Positions 54,935-63,772 of a stretch of DNA of 64,000 nt are shown piece after piece. The position numbers and the translations under genes were made by a program. The notes under the pieces are model-generated. The model was given only the letters and a program-made list of their open reading frames with translations. It was not told the origin of the DNA and did no database searches. The DNA comes from an uncultured Actinomycetes bacterium (GTDB taxonomy: Bacteria > Actinomycetota > Thermoleophilia > Gaiellales > Gaiellaceae): the NCBI GenBank assembly GCA_963755605.1, contig CAVWKK010000008.1:551225-615224 (forward strand). Direction: 5' to 3'. Every line of letters starts with the position of its first letter. Position 1 is the first letter of the stretch.

Positions 54935-55450
54935 ATGAACAAGATCCACGCATTGACCGCGACACTCCTGTTGGTTGCGGCGGCGCTCGTTGCGGCGATC
55001 CTCGGCGACACGTCGTCCGCGGCCGCTCAGAAGGCCCCGAAAGGGGCGCTCATCTCAGTCCACAAGACTGCGCTCGGAAGGGTCCTCGTCGACGGCCGGG
55101 GGCACACGCTTTATCTCTTCGAGAAGGACAAGAAGGGAATGAGCTCGTGCAACGGTGCCTGCACCGCGTACTGGCCGGCGGTCATCAGTGCCGCTAAGCC
55201 CCGAGCGGGCGCCGGCGTCCGCGCGTCTCTGCTCGGAAGGACCAGGCGCGCGGATGGTCGACGTCAGGTTACCTTCGCCGGGCACCCGCTCTACACGTTC
55301 GTCGGCGATACGAAGGCCGGACAGACGACGGGCGAAGGCCTCACGGACTTCGGCGCCGCTTGGGACGCGGTCGCGCCGAATGGCCAGTCGATCGAACCGA
55401 ATGCGCCTACAGCCGGCCACTCCGGCAACGGCGGCGGGGGAGGCTGGTAG
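54935..55450 (+). CDS. Secreted protein of the COG4315 / Lipoprotein_15 repeat family
   Basis: ATG 54935 has AAAGGAG upstream and is followed by a signal peptide. Two repeats are present: LVDGRGHTLYLFEKD and VTFAGHPLYTFVGD. Confidence 0.75.
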   Translation: MNKIHALTATLLLVAAALVAAILGDTSSAAAQKAPKGALISVHKTALGRVLVDGRGHTLYLFEKDKKGMSSCNGACTAYWPAVISAAKPRAGAGVRASLLGRTRRADGRRQVTFAGHPLYTFVGDTKAGQTTGEGLTDFGAAWDAVAPNGQSIEPNAPTAGHSGNGGGGGW

Positions 55451-55585
55451 CCACCCCCAACTCCGATGGGAGGGACGCTCCGCGCCCCTCCCATCACCCG
55501 CACCCGCGCCAGTGCACCAGGTGACTCCGTGCTTCGAAAGAAGTGGACAGGGGGTGGGCCAGCGTGCTCCCGCCCGCGTCGCTAA

Positions 55586-55789
55586 CTAGAGCAAAATCTC
55601 GACGGCCGTCTCGGGCGCGCAGCCCTGGCCGACGAGCTCCACGGCGCGATGCAGGTCGGCTTCGCTTCCGGCGAGCCGTTCCGCCAGCGGCAGGGGATAT
55701 CCGGCTTCCATCAGCACATGCAAACGCCAGCTCTCGACCTTTGACTGGTCGCTGCCGTTGGGCTCGATGATCTCGGTCGTCTCTCCCAC
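55586..55789 (-). CDS. Hypothetical small protein
   Basis: GTG 55789 gives a 67-aa protein ending ...WRLHVLMEAGYPLPLAERLAGSEADLHRAVELVGQGCAPETAVEILL. The codon bias looks coding. I cannot name a family. Confidence 0.4.
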   Translation of the reverse strand: MGETTEIIEPNGSDQSKVESWRLHVLMEAGYPLPLAERLAGSEADLHRAVELVGQGCAPETAVEILL

Positions 55790-55853
55790 GATGTGATCCG
55801 TTCGCCGTTTTCTAGACGAACCCTGCCCTCGTTTGTTTGTCGAGAAACGTAGA

Positions 55854-57182
55854 TCAGCTGCGGGCAAGGGTCTCATCGATGCGTTTTGCCAGCTCGCGGA
55901 GCCGCGCATCGAGGACGGCTCGTTCGGCCTCGGCGTCGGCTGCGAGTGTCTCGAGGCGACGGCGCAACTCCTGCTCTGCCTGCGTGAGACGGGCCTCGAA
56001 GCCTTCGATCGCCTCGGCCCGGTGCCGTTCCAAACCGGCCTCGGCCTGGGCCTGCCGCTTCTCCAGTCGCTGGGCACCTGCGTCGCCGACCTGGTTGAGA
56101 CGATCCGCCAGCACCGTTTGGGCCTCACGGGCGAAGGACTGCACTGCGCGGTCGAGCTCGCGTGAGAGTCGCGTCGCTGCCGCCTCACGCGACGAGCGAA
56201 CAGTGTCGGCGAACTGTTGCGTCGCCGCATCCGAGTAGCTCGTCGTCGCGCGGGCGAGGATTCGCTCGAGTTGTTCGAGCTGCCGTCGCTCGACGTCGGC
56301 GAAGCCGGCCTGGATGCGCCGTGTTGCGTCTGTCTCTTCGCGTTCGATCATTTCCATTAGCTGGCGTTCTCGCTTGCGAATGCGCTCGTTCAACTCGTTC
56401 AACGCGCGCCGCCGCTCGGAGGCGTAGCCGTCGAGCTCGGCCGTCCCCGCTTCGACCGTCTCCTGTGTCGCGCGTGCGATCTCCTCGCGTACACGCATGA
56501 GGCTCGCGCGTTGCTGCTCGCTCTCCGCTTCGAGACGCTCGGCATCCGCCGCGATGCGCGCCTCTGCGTCGGCGATCAGCTGCTTCTGTTTGTGGGCGAG
56601 CTGTCCGAGCTGGTCGGAGACCCCACGCTGCGCCCGTTCGAGATCGTCGTTCCACGCAGCGAGCCGCGCGTCGATCTGCTGTTGCGCCAACGTGAGAGCC
56701 TCGCCGAGCTCGTCGACAGAGCTCCGCGAGCGTTCTGCAGCGGCGGCCCTGCGCTCCTCGGCGATCTTGCGCTCCTGCTCCGCGAGCAGCGAGACCGAGT
56801 CCGCTCGCGCACGCACGAGCGTCCGTTCGAGCTCGGCGCTGCGCTCCTCCGCCTCCTGTGCGATCACGGAGTTGAGCCGGCCCTGCGCTCGAGCGAGCTG
56901 CTCGTCCACTCGCCGCGTGGTGCGAACGAGATCTCGGAGCTTGACCGCGGCGAGCGTCGCGAGGAACGCGACGGTGATGCCGCCGGCCGCTACGGCAATG
57001 TCAGCGCCTGCTCTCAATCCGAACGCGACCCAGGCGGCGACCGCCACGAGGCCCACGAAGATGGCCACCGCGACCAGGGCGCGGTGACGAAGACGGTCGA
57101 ATGCCGCGCCGAGCAGAGACAGTGCCGCGATCACGGCCACGGCCGCGAAGGCGATTTGCACGATCGTCGGCAGGCTGGGCAT
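55854..57182 (-). CDS. Membrane-anchored coiled-coil protein (3 N-terminal TM helices plus ~330-aa Ala/Arg/Glu/Gln-rich helical region)
   Basis: ATG 57182 gives MPSLPTIVQIAFAAVAVIAALSLLGA.... A long heptad-like stretch follows (EERSAELERTLVRARAD..., LERAQRGVSDQLGQLAHKQKQLIADAEARI...). The track extension to 57569 is shadow. Confidence 0.7.
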   Translation of the reverse strand: MPSLPTIVQIAFAAVAVIAALSLLGAAFDRLRHRALVAVAIFVGLVAVAAWVAFGLRAGADIAVAAGGITVAFLATLAAVKLRDLVRTTRRVDEQLARAQGRLNSVIAQEAEERSAELERTLVRARADSVSLLAEQERKIAEERRAAAAERSRSSVDELGEALTLAQQQIDARLAAWNDDLERAQRGVSDQLGQLAHKQKQLIADAEARIAADAERLEAESEQQRASLMRVREEIARATQETVEAGTAELDGYASERRRALNELNERIRKRERQLMEMIEREETDATRRIQAGFADVERRQLEQLERILARATTSYSDAATQQFADTVRSSREAAATRLSRELDRAVQSFAREAQTVLADRLNQVGDAGAQRLEKRQAQAEAGLERHRAEAIEGFEARLTQAEQELRRRLETLAADAEAERAVLDARLRELAKRIDETLARS

Positions 57183-57187
57183 GCGCG

Positions 57188-57919
57188 TCAGGTTACGCGG
57201 AGGAGGACCAGGGCGACGGCGAGAGAGACGACCGCGGCGGCAATGGCCTTCAGAGCCCGCTCGGATTCGGCCGTGAGCACGTCGGGAGTGATCTGAATGC
57301 TGGTGCCGTCCTGGAGGACGATCTGTCCGCTTACCTCGCGCACGCGCCGCCGGACGAGCCGCACCGGTGTCGAGAGACGCCGCTGCGCGTGGCTGAGGAG
57401 ACCGGCAAAGGCTGCGGCGAAGAGCGCTTCCGTCCGGATCGTCTCGGCGGCCGCAAAGTACGCGGCGAGAACCGGGAAAGCGCCCCAGGCGAGGGCGAAC
57501 CAGGGGTCTCCGTGCAGGCGACCGCCGAAGAGCTCGAGGTTGTACGCGACCGCGATGATGGCGCCGCACGCGACGAAGGCCAGCAGCCAGAGGCTGGTGC
57601 GTAGCGCTACGGCGACGCCGATGCCCGCAGCAGCGGCGAGGCCTGCGCCGGCCAGTGCCACGAGCACGCGGTCAGGGATTCTCGTCTGCAGTGGCCGACC
57701 GTGGAGCTCGTCGAGCGCATGCGCCGCAACTCCCATGCCGAGAAAGAACGCCAGCAGACCCAGCACCATGATCGAAGGACGCCAGTGCGGCGCGAGTGCG
57801 GCACCGATGGCGACATACGAAAGGTGCCAGAGCGTGTACGGCGGATGCAGCAGCGTCACGTAGTCGCGCCAGCTCCCCGGAGCGAGGGCGTAGAACGCCG
57901 GGCGCGCGGCGTCACTCAT
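57188..57919 (-). CDS. Integral membrane protein of unknown function
   Basis: About 7 hydrophobic segments. I chose ATG 57919 (MSDAARPAFY...) because it forms an ATGA overlap with the upstream methyltransferase stop. The track start is 57934. Confidence 0.65.
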   Translation of the reverse strand: MSDAARPAFYALAPGSWRDYVTLLHPPYTLWHLSYVAIGAALAPHWRPSIMVLGLLAFFLGMGVAAHALDELHGRPLQTRIPDRVLVALAGAGLAAAAGIGVAVALRTSLWLLAFVACGAIIAVAYNLELFGGRLHGDPWFALAWGAFPVLAAYFAAAETIRTEALFAAAFAGLLSHAQRRLSTPVRLVRRRVREVSGQIVLQDGTSIQITPDVLTAESERALKAIAAAVVSLAVALVLLRVT

Positions 57920-58605
57920 TCCCGGCGGCCCCACGTGACGATGCCACCGCCGAGACTGAGCCTGCGTGAGCTCACGTCGCCGACGCCGGCGGCGCGCCAG
58001 AGCTCGAGCAGCCGCTGCTCCGGCCAGCGCGCATAGAAGTTCCGGATGCTCGGCCCGAGAAATCCGCCGACCTCGGCCCAGCCGGGAGAGATCACGCGAC
58101 CGGCAACGGGCAACCCGACGCGGACGTAGAGCTCCCAGAACGGCCGCCAGAGACCGTGTGGCACGGCGAACTCGAGACCCGCGATCGTGCCGCCCGGGCG
58201 AACGACGCGCACGAGCTCACGAAGGGTCGCGGCCGGATCCGGCACGTAGCGCAAGAGATACGTGAAGGTGAGCGCGTCGAAGGACGCGTCTGCGAACGGC
58301 AACTGGTCGGCAGTGCCGTCGATGAGTGTCACGTCTTCCGGCAGGCGGCGCCGTGCCTCGGCGAGCATCTCCGGGCTCTGGTCCAGACCGACCACGGTGC
58401 ACCGCTTCTGCCTGATCAGCTCGCGCGCGACTGCGCCTGTTCCGGTGGCGACGTCGAGCACGGTGTCGTCCGGGCCGGCTTCGATGCGCGACACGAGAAA
58501 GCGCCGCCAACGTGGATCCTGGCCGAACGAAAGCGCTGCCGCGTAGCGATCGTACGTCGGCCCGAGCGGCGCGAAGAGCTCTCGCGCGGAGACGGCCTCT
58601 GACAC
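57916..58605 (-). CDS. Class I SAM-dependent methyltransferase (UbiE/MenG-like)
   Basis: YDRYAAALSFGQDPRWRR (UbiE-like N-terminus), VLDVATGTGAVA (motif I) and LRPGGTIAGLEF. The GTG 58605 start avoids the Arg-rich extension. Confidence 0.8.
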   Translation of the reverse strand: MSEAVSARELFAPLGPTYDRYAAALSFGQDPRWRRFLVSRIEAGPDDTVLDVATGTGAVARELIRQKRCTVVGLDQSPEMLAEARRRLPEDVTLIDGTADQLPFADASFDALTFTYLLRYVPDPAATLRELVRVVRPGGTIAGLEFAVPHGLWRPFWELYVRVGLPVAGRVISPGWAEVGGFLGPSIRNFYARWPEQRLLELWRAAGVGDVSSRRLSLGGGIVTWGRRE

Positions 58606-58628
58606 ACGGCCGAGTTTATGCTGGCGCA

Positions 58629-59051
58629 GTGGCGCTGAGCGACGACGTCGAGCGGATCGCCGAGGCTGCGGCACGCTACGCAGCCCCGGGGGAACAGGTC
58701 GCCGCCGTCATAGCCGTCGAGCCTTCCTCGGGCGAGCGGCTGTACCTGTGCGCATTCGCGCGCGGGGAGGAGGCCCAGAGCTGGCTCGCGCTCGACGATG
58801 CGGGGGTGCCGGTGACGGAGCGCGAGCGAATTCGCGACGCCGCGTCGATCGCGGCGTTGGTCGAGGTGGCGGAGGAGAGCGCCGTCCTGCCGGTTTCGCC
58901 CGAGCCGAGGGTTGCATCTCCTGACTATCTGGATTCACTCGGCGCGACCGCGGCCGCCGGCGACGTCGTCGGTGCATTGCAGAGCGCGCTGCCCGCGATC
59001 GACGAGCTGACCCGCGATCTCGAGCTGAACTACAAGCTCGAGCTCAGCTAG
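58629..59051 (+). CDS. Hypothetical protein
   Basis: GTG 58629 gives a 140-aa protein with good GC3 bias. It abuts the downstream SDR gene. I recognise no motif. Confidence 0.5.
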   Translation: MALSDDVERIAEAAARYAAPGEQVAAVIAVEPSSGERLYLCAFARGEEAQSWLALDDAGVPVTERERIRDAASIAALVEVAEESAVLPVSPEPRVASPDYLDSLGATAAAGDVVGALQSALPAIDELTRDLELNYKLELS

Positions 59052-59831
59052 ATGCTGCCCGAGGGCTCTCTCGACGGTCGCGTTGCGCTCGTCACCGGCG
59101 GCGGCACGGGATTGGGGCGCGCCATGGCGCTCGAGCTCGGCCGGCTTGGCGCCAAGGTCGCGGTCCTCGGACGCCGGCGCGAACCGCTCGACGAGACCGT
59201 CGCGGCGCTTGCCGGCGACGGTGTCGCCGTTCAGGCCGACGTCCGCGATCCGGAAGCCCTCGCGGCAGCGTTCGACACCGCCGAAGCAGAGCTTGGCCCA
59301 CTGACGACGCTGGTGAACAACGCTGCGGGCAACTTCATCGTGCGCGCCGAAGATCTCTCGCCGAACGGCTGGCGCGCCGTTGTCGGCATCGTGCTCGACG
59401 GGACGTTCTTCTGTTCGCGCGAGCTCGGCCGCCGCGTCGCCGAACGCGGCGGGGACAACGCGCAGATCGTCAACATCGTCGCGAGCTACGCCTGGACCGG
59501 CGGTCCGGGCACGGTTCACTCCGCGGCGGCGAAGGCAGGCGTCGTCAATCTGACTCGCACGCTTGCAGTGGAATGGGCGCGCCACGGCATTCGAGTGAAC
59601 TCGATCGCGCCGGGGCCGATCGACACGGAGGAGACGCGGGCGCGTCTCTGGCCGACCGAAGAGATTCGCGAGCACGTGCTCCGACGCGTTCCACTCGGCC
59701 GGTTCGGACGGGAGGACGAAGTCGCACAGGCGTGCTCGTACCTCGTCTCCGATTTCGCCGGCTACATCACGGGCGATGTCCTCACGCTCGACGGCGGCGC
59801 GTGGCTCGACGAAGGGATGTTCAGGGACTGA
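59052..59831 (+). CDS. SDR family oxidoreductase (2,4-dienoyl-CoA reductase-like)
   Basis: VTGGGTGLGRAMA, NNAAGNF, HSAAAKAG in place of YxxxK, and PGPIDTE. Confidence 0.85.
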   Translation: MLPEGSLDGRVALVTGGGTGLGRAMALELGRLGAKVAVLGRRREPLDETVAALAGDGVAVQADVRDPEALAAAFDTAEAELGPLTTLVNNAAGNFIVRAEDLSPNGWRAVVGIVLDGTFFCSRELGRRVAERGGDNAQIVNIVASYAWTGGPGTVHSAAAKAGVVNLTRTLAVEWARHGIRVNSIAPGPIDTEETRARLWPTEEIREHVLRRVPLGRFGREDEVAQACSYLVSDFAGYITGDVLTLDGGAWLDEGMFRD

Positions 59832-60774
59832 TCACGCCGGGCGGTGGACGCCGGACGAAGCGCTCGGCCCAGACCTTGCCGTAGCGGTGCTCGAGCAGGC
59901 CGAGCGCGAAGATGCTGAGTCCGACGCCGAGCAGTGCGAGCGCGAAGGTCCAGCGACTCTCGTTCAACCCGGCGAGGAGGTAGTGCGCGAGCGCTGCGTA
60001 GTAGCCGAGCACGCCGTAGAGAGCCCACGTCCCCCGGCGAATGGGACCCGAGACGACCGCCAGCATCGCGCCGGCGGCGAGCATCGGAATCCACCCGCGA
60101 TTCGGATCGCCGCTCGAGCCGACGGCGAAATACGCGAGCCCTGCGGCGACGCTGAGGAAACCTCCGGCGTGAAACCAGAACGCCTCCCGCCGGTGCCCGA
60201 ATGCGTCGAGGAAGATCCCCGCGATCACGACCAGGCTCCCCGCCACCAACGCCGCGGTGGCGCGGTCGCGGTTGGACGGCGGCTCGTTGTCCCAGGTGAC
60301 GAGGAACTGCGCCAGAACGATTCCTGCCGCCACGACCGTGACGAACAGAAACGGAAAACCGGTGAAGCGGAAGGCCACGAGCCCGGCGACTGCCGTGACG
60401 ACGGCGATCCCGACGGCGCAACCGTTGAAGTGGGTGAAGGGAAACTCGTTCGACCAGGCGTCGATCAGCCTGAGGAGCGCCACGCAGGCTGCGGGAACCA
60501 TCGCTACCGCAAGCGTTGCGGCGAGGCCGCCCGGCACCCACCACGACGCGCGCAGCAGCTGCCACGACACGACCGCGTAGAGCAGGACGAAGCCGACCGC
60601 ACCGACGAGGATCCAGAGGCTCGAGTGCGAGCTGGGAAGCGTGTCGAGCAGCGCATACGAGCCCACGGCGAGCGCGTAGGTACCGGCGAACCAGAGGATG
60701 TTCGGTGGATCGAGCCGTGGCCAGTCGCGTTCGGCCGGCTTCGCGGCAAGGACGACGCCTGTCCCCTCCTCCAC
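59821..60774 (-). CDS. Polytopic membrane protein of unknown function
   Basis: 317 aa with about 9 hydrophobic segments and good coding bias. Confidence 0.65.
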   Translation of the reverse strand: MEEGTGVVLAAKPAERDWPRLDPPNILWFAGTYALAVGSYALLDTLPSSHSSLWILVGAVGFVLLYAVVSWQLLRASWWVPGGLAATLAVAMVPAACVALLRLIDAWSNEFPFTHFNGCAVGIAVVTAVAGLVAFRFTGFPFLFVTVVAAGIVLAQFLVTWDNEPPSNRDRATAALVAGSLVVIAGIFLDAFGHRREAFWFHAGGFLSVAAGLAYFAVGSSGDPNRGWIPMLAAGAMLAVVSGPIRRGTWALYGVLGYYAALAHYLLAGLNESRWTFALALLGVGLSIFALGLLEHRYGKVWAERFVRRPPPGVISP

Positions 60775-60816
60775 GCTTCGACCCTAACCGCTGGGCCTTC
60801 CCTATGCTGTCCGGGC

Positions 60817-61110
60817 ATGGAAGGTGGATTCGGCTTCCCGTTCGGCGGCGACCCTGAGGATCTCCTCAAGGGTCTGCGCGAGTTCGCCGAGCAGCAGGCC
60901 GAGACCGTGCAGGAGGCTCAGCGCGAGCAGTTTGCAACGCTCACGCTGAACACTGCCGTGGAGCTCACCGGTGCCGCGCTGTCGCAGTTGCAGCCTGCGG
61001 GAACGCCGGACGAGCAGACGCTTGCGCTCCGCGACGCGATGCGCGTGCTCTTCCCTGAAGCGGTCGCGCTCGTGAGCGCCGCCCGCCAGGGCTTCATGCG
61101 CGAGGGGTAG
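60817..61110 (+). CDS. Hypothetical small protein
   Basis: ATG 60817 gives a 97-aa protein (MEGGFGFPFGGDPEDLLKGLREFAEQQAE...). It lies directly upstream of proline dehydrogenase. Confidence 0.45.
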   Translation: MEGGFGFPFGGDPEDLLKGLREFAEQQAETVQEAQREQFATLTLNTAVELTGAALSQLQPAGTPDEQTLALRDAMRVLFPEAVALVSAARQGFMREG

Positions 61111-61115
61111 CGCCC

Positions 61116-62036
61116 TTGGCCGTCTTCGACCGCGCGATCGTTCGCATGCTTCCAGTCGTTCCGCGCACGGTCGTGCAGAAGCTCTCCGCGCGTTACATCG
61201 CGGGCCCCGAACTGAAGGACGCGCGCGAGGTCGTGCGGCAGATGAACGACGAGGGCAAGAGCGCCACGATCGACGTCCTCGGCGAGGAGGTCACCACCGA
61301 GGAGGAGGCGGCCGCGATCGTGCGCACCTACGGCGACGTCTTTGCGGACATCGAGCGCTGCGGTCTCGACTCGGGTGTCAGCGTGAAGCTCACCGCGCTC
61401 GGGCTGAACCTCGACTACGACATGTGCCGGACCAACCTGCGCACCGTTGTCGAGGACGCGGCCGCACGCGGCAACTTCGTCCGCATCGACATGGAGGACT
61501 CGTCGACCACGGATGACACGCTGCGTCTCTACCGCGAGCTGCGGGAAAGCGGCCACGAGAACGTCGGCGTCGTGCTCCAGGCAATGCTGCGCCGGACGCT
61601 CGACGACATCGCCGCGCTCGCCGACTTGCAGCCGAGCGTCCGCCTGTGCAAGGGCATCTACGTCGAGCCGCCTGAGCTCGCGTTCCAGGACTTCGGCGAA
61701 GTGCGCGACTCGTACGTGCGCTCGCTGGATGCGTTGCTCGACGCGGGCTCCTACGTCGGTATCGCGACGCACGACGAGTGGCTGCTCGATGAAGGCCGCA
61801 GGCTCGTCGCGGAGCGAGAGCTGCAGCACGGCGAGTACGAGTTCCAGATGCTGCTCGGTGTGCGGCCGGAGCTCGGCGACGGCCTCGTGCGTGAAGGACA
61901 CCGTCTCCGCATCTACGTCCCGTTCGGACGGCACTGGTACGAGTACTCGCTGCGGCGGCTGCAGGAGAACCCGAAGCTCGCCGGCTACATCGCGGCCGAC
62001 ACGCTCGGCCGGCTCGTCGGCCGAAACGGCAGCTGA
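61116..62036 (+). CDS. Proline dehydrogenase (monofunctional PRODH)
   Basis: SVKLTALGL, FVRIDMEDS, VGVVLQAMLRRT, VRLCKGIY, GIATHD, FQMLLGV and YVPFG..WYEYSLRRLQENP. Confidence 0.88.
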   Translation: MAVFDRAIVRMLPVVPRTVVQKLSARYIAGPELKDAREVVRQMNDEGKSATIDVLGEEVTTEEEAAAIVRTYGDVFADIERCGLDSGVSVKLTALGLNLDYDMCRTNLRTVVEDAAARGNFVRIDMEDSSTTDDTLRLYRELRESGHENVGVVLQAMLRRTLDDIAALADLQPSVRLCKGIYVEPPELAFQDFGEVRDSYVRSLDALLDAGSYVGIATHDEWLLDEGRRLVAERELQHGEYEFQMLLGVRPELGDGLVREGHRLRIYVPFGRHWYEYSLRRLQENPKLAGYIAADTLGRLVGRNGS

Positions 62037-62037
62037 G

Positions 62038-62358
62038 CTACGGAGGCGGTGGCGGGCCGGGCGGCGGCCCCGGCGGTGGCGGCGCGTCCTCCTCGACGAC
62101 CGTGCGGCGTCGGGCGGGATACGCGGTGCCTGCGGGAGGAGCTCCGGGGGCGGCGGGATAGCCGCCGCGGTGCCAGCCCCACGCACCCGGCCCGATCCGC
62201 TCCCACAGGAACAGCGAGATCAGCAGGCCGGCGAGCCCCACCAGCATCAGGATCCAGCCGACGACATCGACGTCGACGGAAGGATTCGGATCCTGGTGCA
62301 CGGCGAACGCCAAGACGGCGCCGACTGCGACCAGGATGAGGCTGACGGGGATGCCCAT
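62038..62358 (-). CDS. Small membrane protein with a Pro-rich tail (DUF6458-like, from memory)
   Basis: ATG 62358 gives MGIPVSLILVAVGAVLAFAV...VVGWILMLVGLAGLLISLFLW, which forms two TM helices. The C-terminus is PPPPGPPPGPPPPP. Confidence 0.6.
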   Translation of the reverse strand: MGIPVSLILVAVGAVLAFAVHQDPNPSVDVDVVGWILMLVGLAGLLISLFLWERIGPGAWGWHRGGYPAAPGAPPAGTAYPARRRTVVEEDAPPPPGPPPGPPPPP

Positions 62359-62396
62359 ACGGCTCCCGTCCCCGCCTCCATCGTTTGCCAAACGGC

Positions 62397-63035
62397 TCAG
62401 GCTTTTCTGGCGTAGAGCAGGAACGTCCCGGGAATCCGGGCGTCGTGACGGCGAAAGCCGTCGCTCCGAGCCGGGTACTCCTCGAGCGCGCGCAACGTCA
62501 GGCCCGCGCGCGTCGCCGCGTTCACGATCTGCCCCAGGCGCCGGGAGCCTTCGTCGAAGTAGCTCTCGCGCCAGTGCATCAGGCCGTCGACGCAAAGCGC
62601 GACCGGATGCTCCTCGAAGAGCAGAAGCTCGCCGCCGGACCGCAGCGCCGCGGCGATCTCGTGCAGCCACCCGTCGAGGTCCGTGATCTGGAGCAGCGAG
62701 CCGGGGCCGGCATAGACGAGGTCGAAGCGAGCGCGGCGCAGTTCCGCGGGAAGCTGCTGCGGGTCGGCCTGCACCCACAGGATCGACGGCCAACGTTCAC
62801 GCGCCGCCTCGAGCGCCTGGCCCGACGAGTCGACGCCCGTGACGATCGCACCCAGCTCCGCGAGCTCCGCCGTCGACTCGCCCGTGCCGCATTGGAGGTC
62901 GAGCACGCGCTTGCCCTTGAGGTCGGCGAAGGCACGACGCACCTGCGTCGGCAGGCCGCGCTCGCCGAGCAGCGCCTCCGTGCGTTGACGATGGATCTCG
63001 TCCCAGGCGCGCCGGTTCTGCTCGGTCGGTTCCAT
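62397..63035 (-). CDS. Class I SAM-dependent methyltransferase
   Basis: ATG 63035 gives MEPTEQNRRAWDEI..., VLDLQCGTGEST (motif I) and LRSGGELLLFE. The junction with the upstream gene is TGATG. Confidence 0.8.
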   Translation of the reverse strand: MEPTEQNRRAWDEIHRQRTEALLGERGLPTQVRRAFADLKGKRVLDLQCGTGESTAELAELGAIVTGVDSSGQALEAARERWPSILWVQADPQQLPAELRRARFDLVYAGPGSLLQITDLDGWLHEIAAALRSGGELLLFEEHPVALCVDGLMHWRESYFDEGSRRLGQIVNAATRAGLTLRALEEYPARSDGFRRHDARIPGTFLLYARKA

Positions 63036-63772
63036 CAGGCGAGGAGTGAAAAGCCGCCGTCGATGATCAACGTGTGCCCGCAGACCATCTTCGCGTCGTC
63101 GGAGCAAAGAAACGCAACCGCCCCTGCGACGTCGTCAGGCTCGACGAGGCGTCCGGCGGGCGTTCGGCTCTTGCCTGCGTGGAGCATCTGCTCGCGATTC
63201 GGGAAGTGGTCGAGCGCCTCGGTCTCGACGACGCCCGCCGAAACCGCATTGACGCGGATCCCACGCGCCGCAAGCTCGACGGCGAGGTAGCGCACGACCG
63301 ATTCGAGCGCCGCCTTCGACGTGCCCACGAGCACGTAGTTCTCGAGCACGCGCTTCGAGCCGAGCGACGACACGGCCACGATCGACGAACCGCTCTCCAT
63401 CTGCGGCGCGCACGCGCGCGTCAGCGACAGCAGTGCGCGCGCGTTCGCGTTGAGCGTCCAGTCCCAGTGCTTGTCCTCGGTCTCGAGTGCGGGCTTGATC
63501 ACACCGGTGGCCGCGTTGTGCACGAGCACCCCGTACGGCCCGTGTGACGCGAACTCCGCGACGACCTTCTCTGACGCAACATTGCCGCGCACGAGAATCG
63601 GCTCCGCTCCTGCCGCGCGGATCTCCTCCGCGGCAGCCTCGGCCGCGCTGTCGTTCCGGAGATAGCCGAGCGCAATTCGCTCCGCGCCGTCAGCGGCGAA
63701 CCGCAGTGCGATCGCTTTGCCGATCCCCCGAGTCCCGCCCGTCACGAGGACGGAACGGCCGGCCAGAGTCAT
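63035..63772 (-). CDS. SDR family enoyl-ACP reductase-like oxidoreductase (FabL-like)
   Basis: VTGGTRGIGKAIA, HNAATG, YVLVGTSKAALE (the YxxxK region) and NAVSAGVVETE. Confidence 0.8.
   Translation of the reverse strand: MTLAGRSVLVTGGTRGIGKAIALRFAADGAERIALGYLRNDSAAEAAAEEIRAAGAEPILVRGNVASEKVVAEFASHGPYGVLVHNAATGVIKPALETEDKHWDWTLNANARALLSLTRACAPQMESGSSIVAVSSLGSKRVLENYVLVGTSKAALESVVRYLAVELAARGIRVNAVSAGVVETEALDHFPNREQMLHAGKSRTPAGRLVEPDDVAGAVAFLCSDDAKMVCGHTLIIDGGFSLLA

Noticed and set aside
55465-55495. Hairpin GATGGGAGGG-N11-CCCTCCCATC after the COG4315 gene as a terminator
   Set aside because: It has an 11-nt loop and no U-tract. It may still stabilise the transcript, but I do not call it a terminator.
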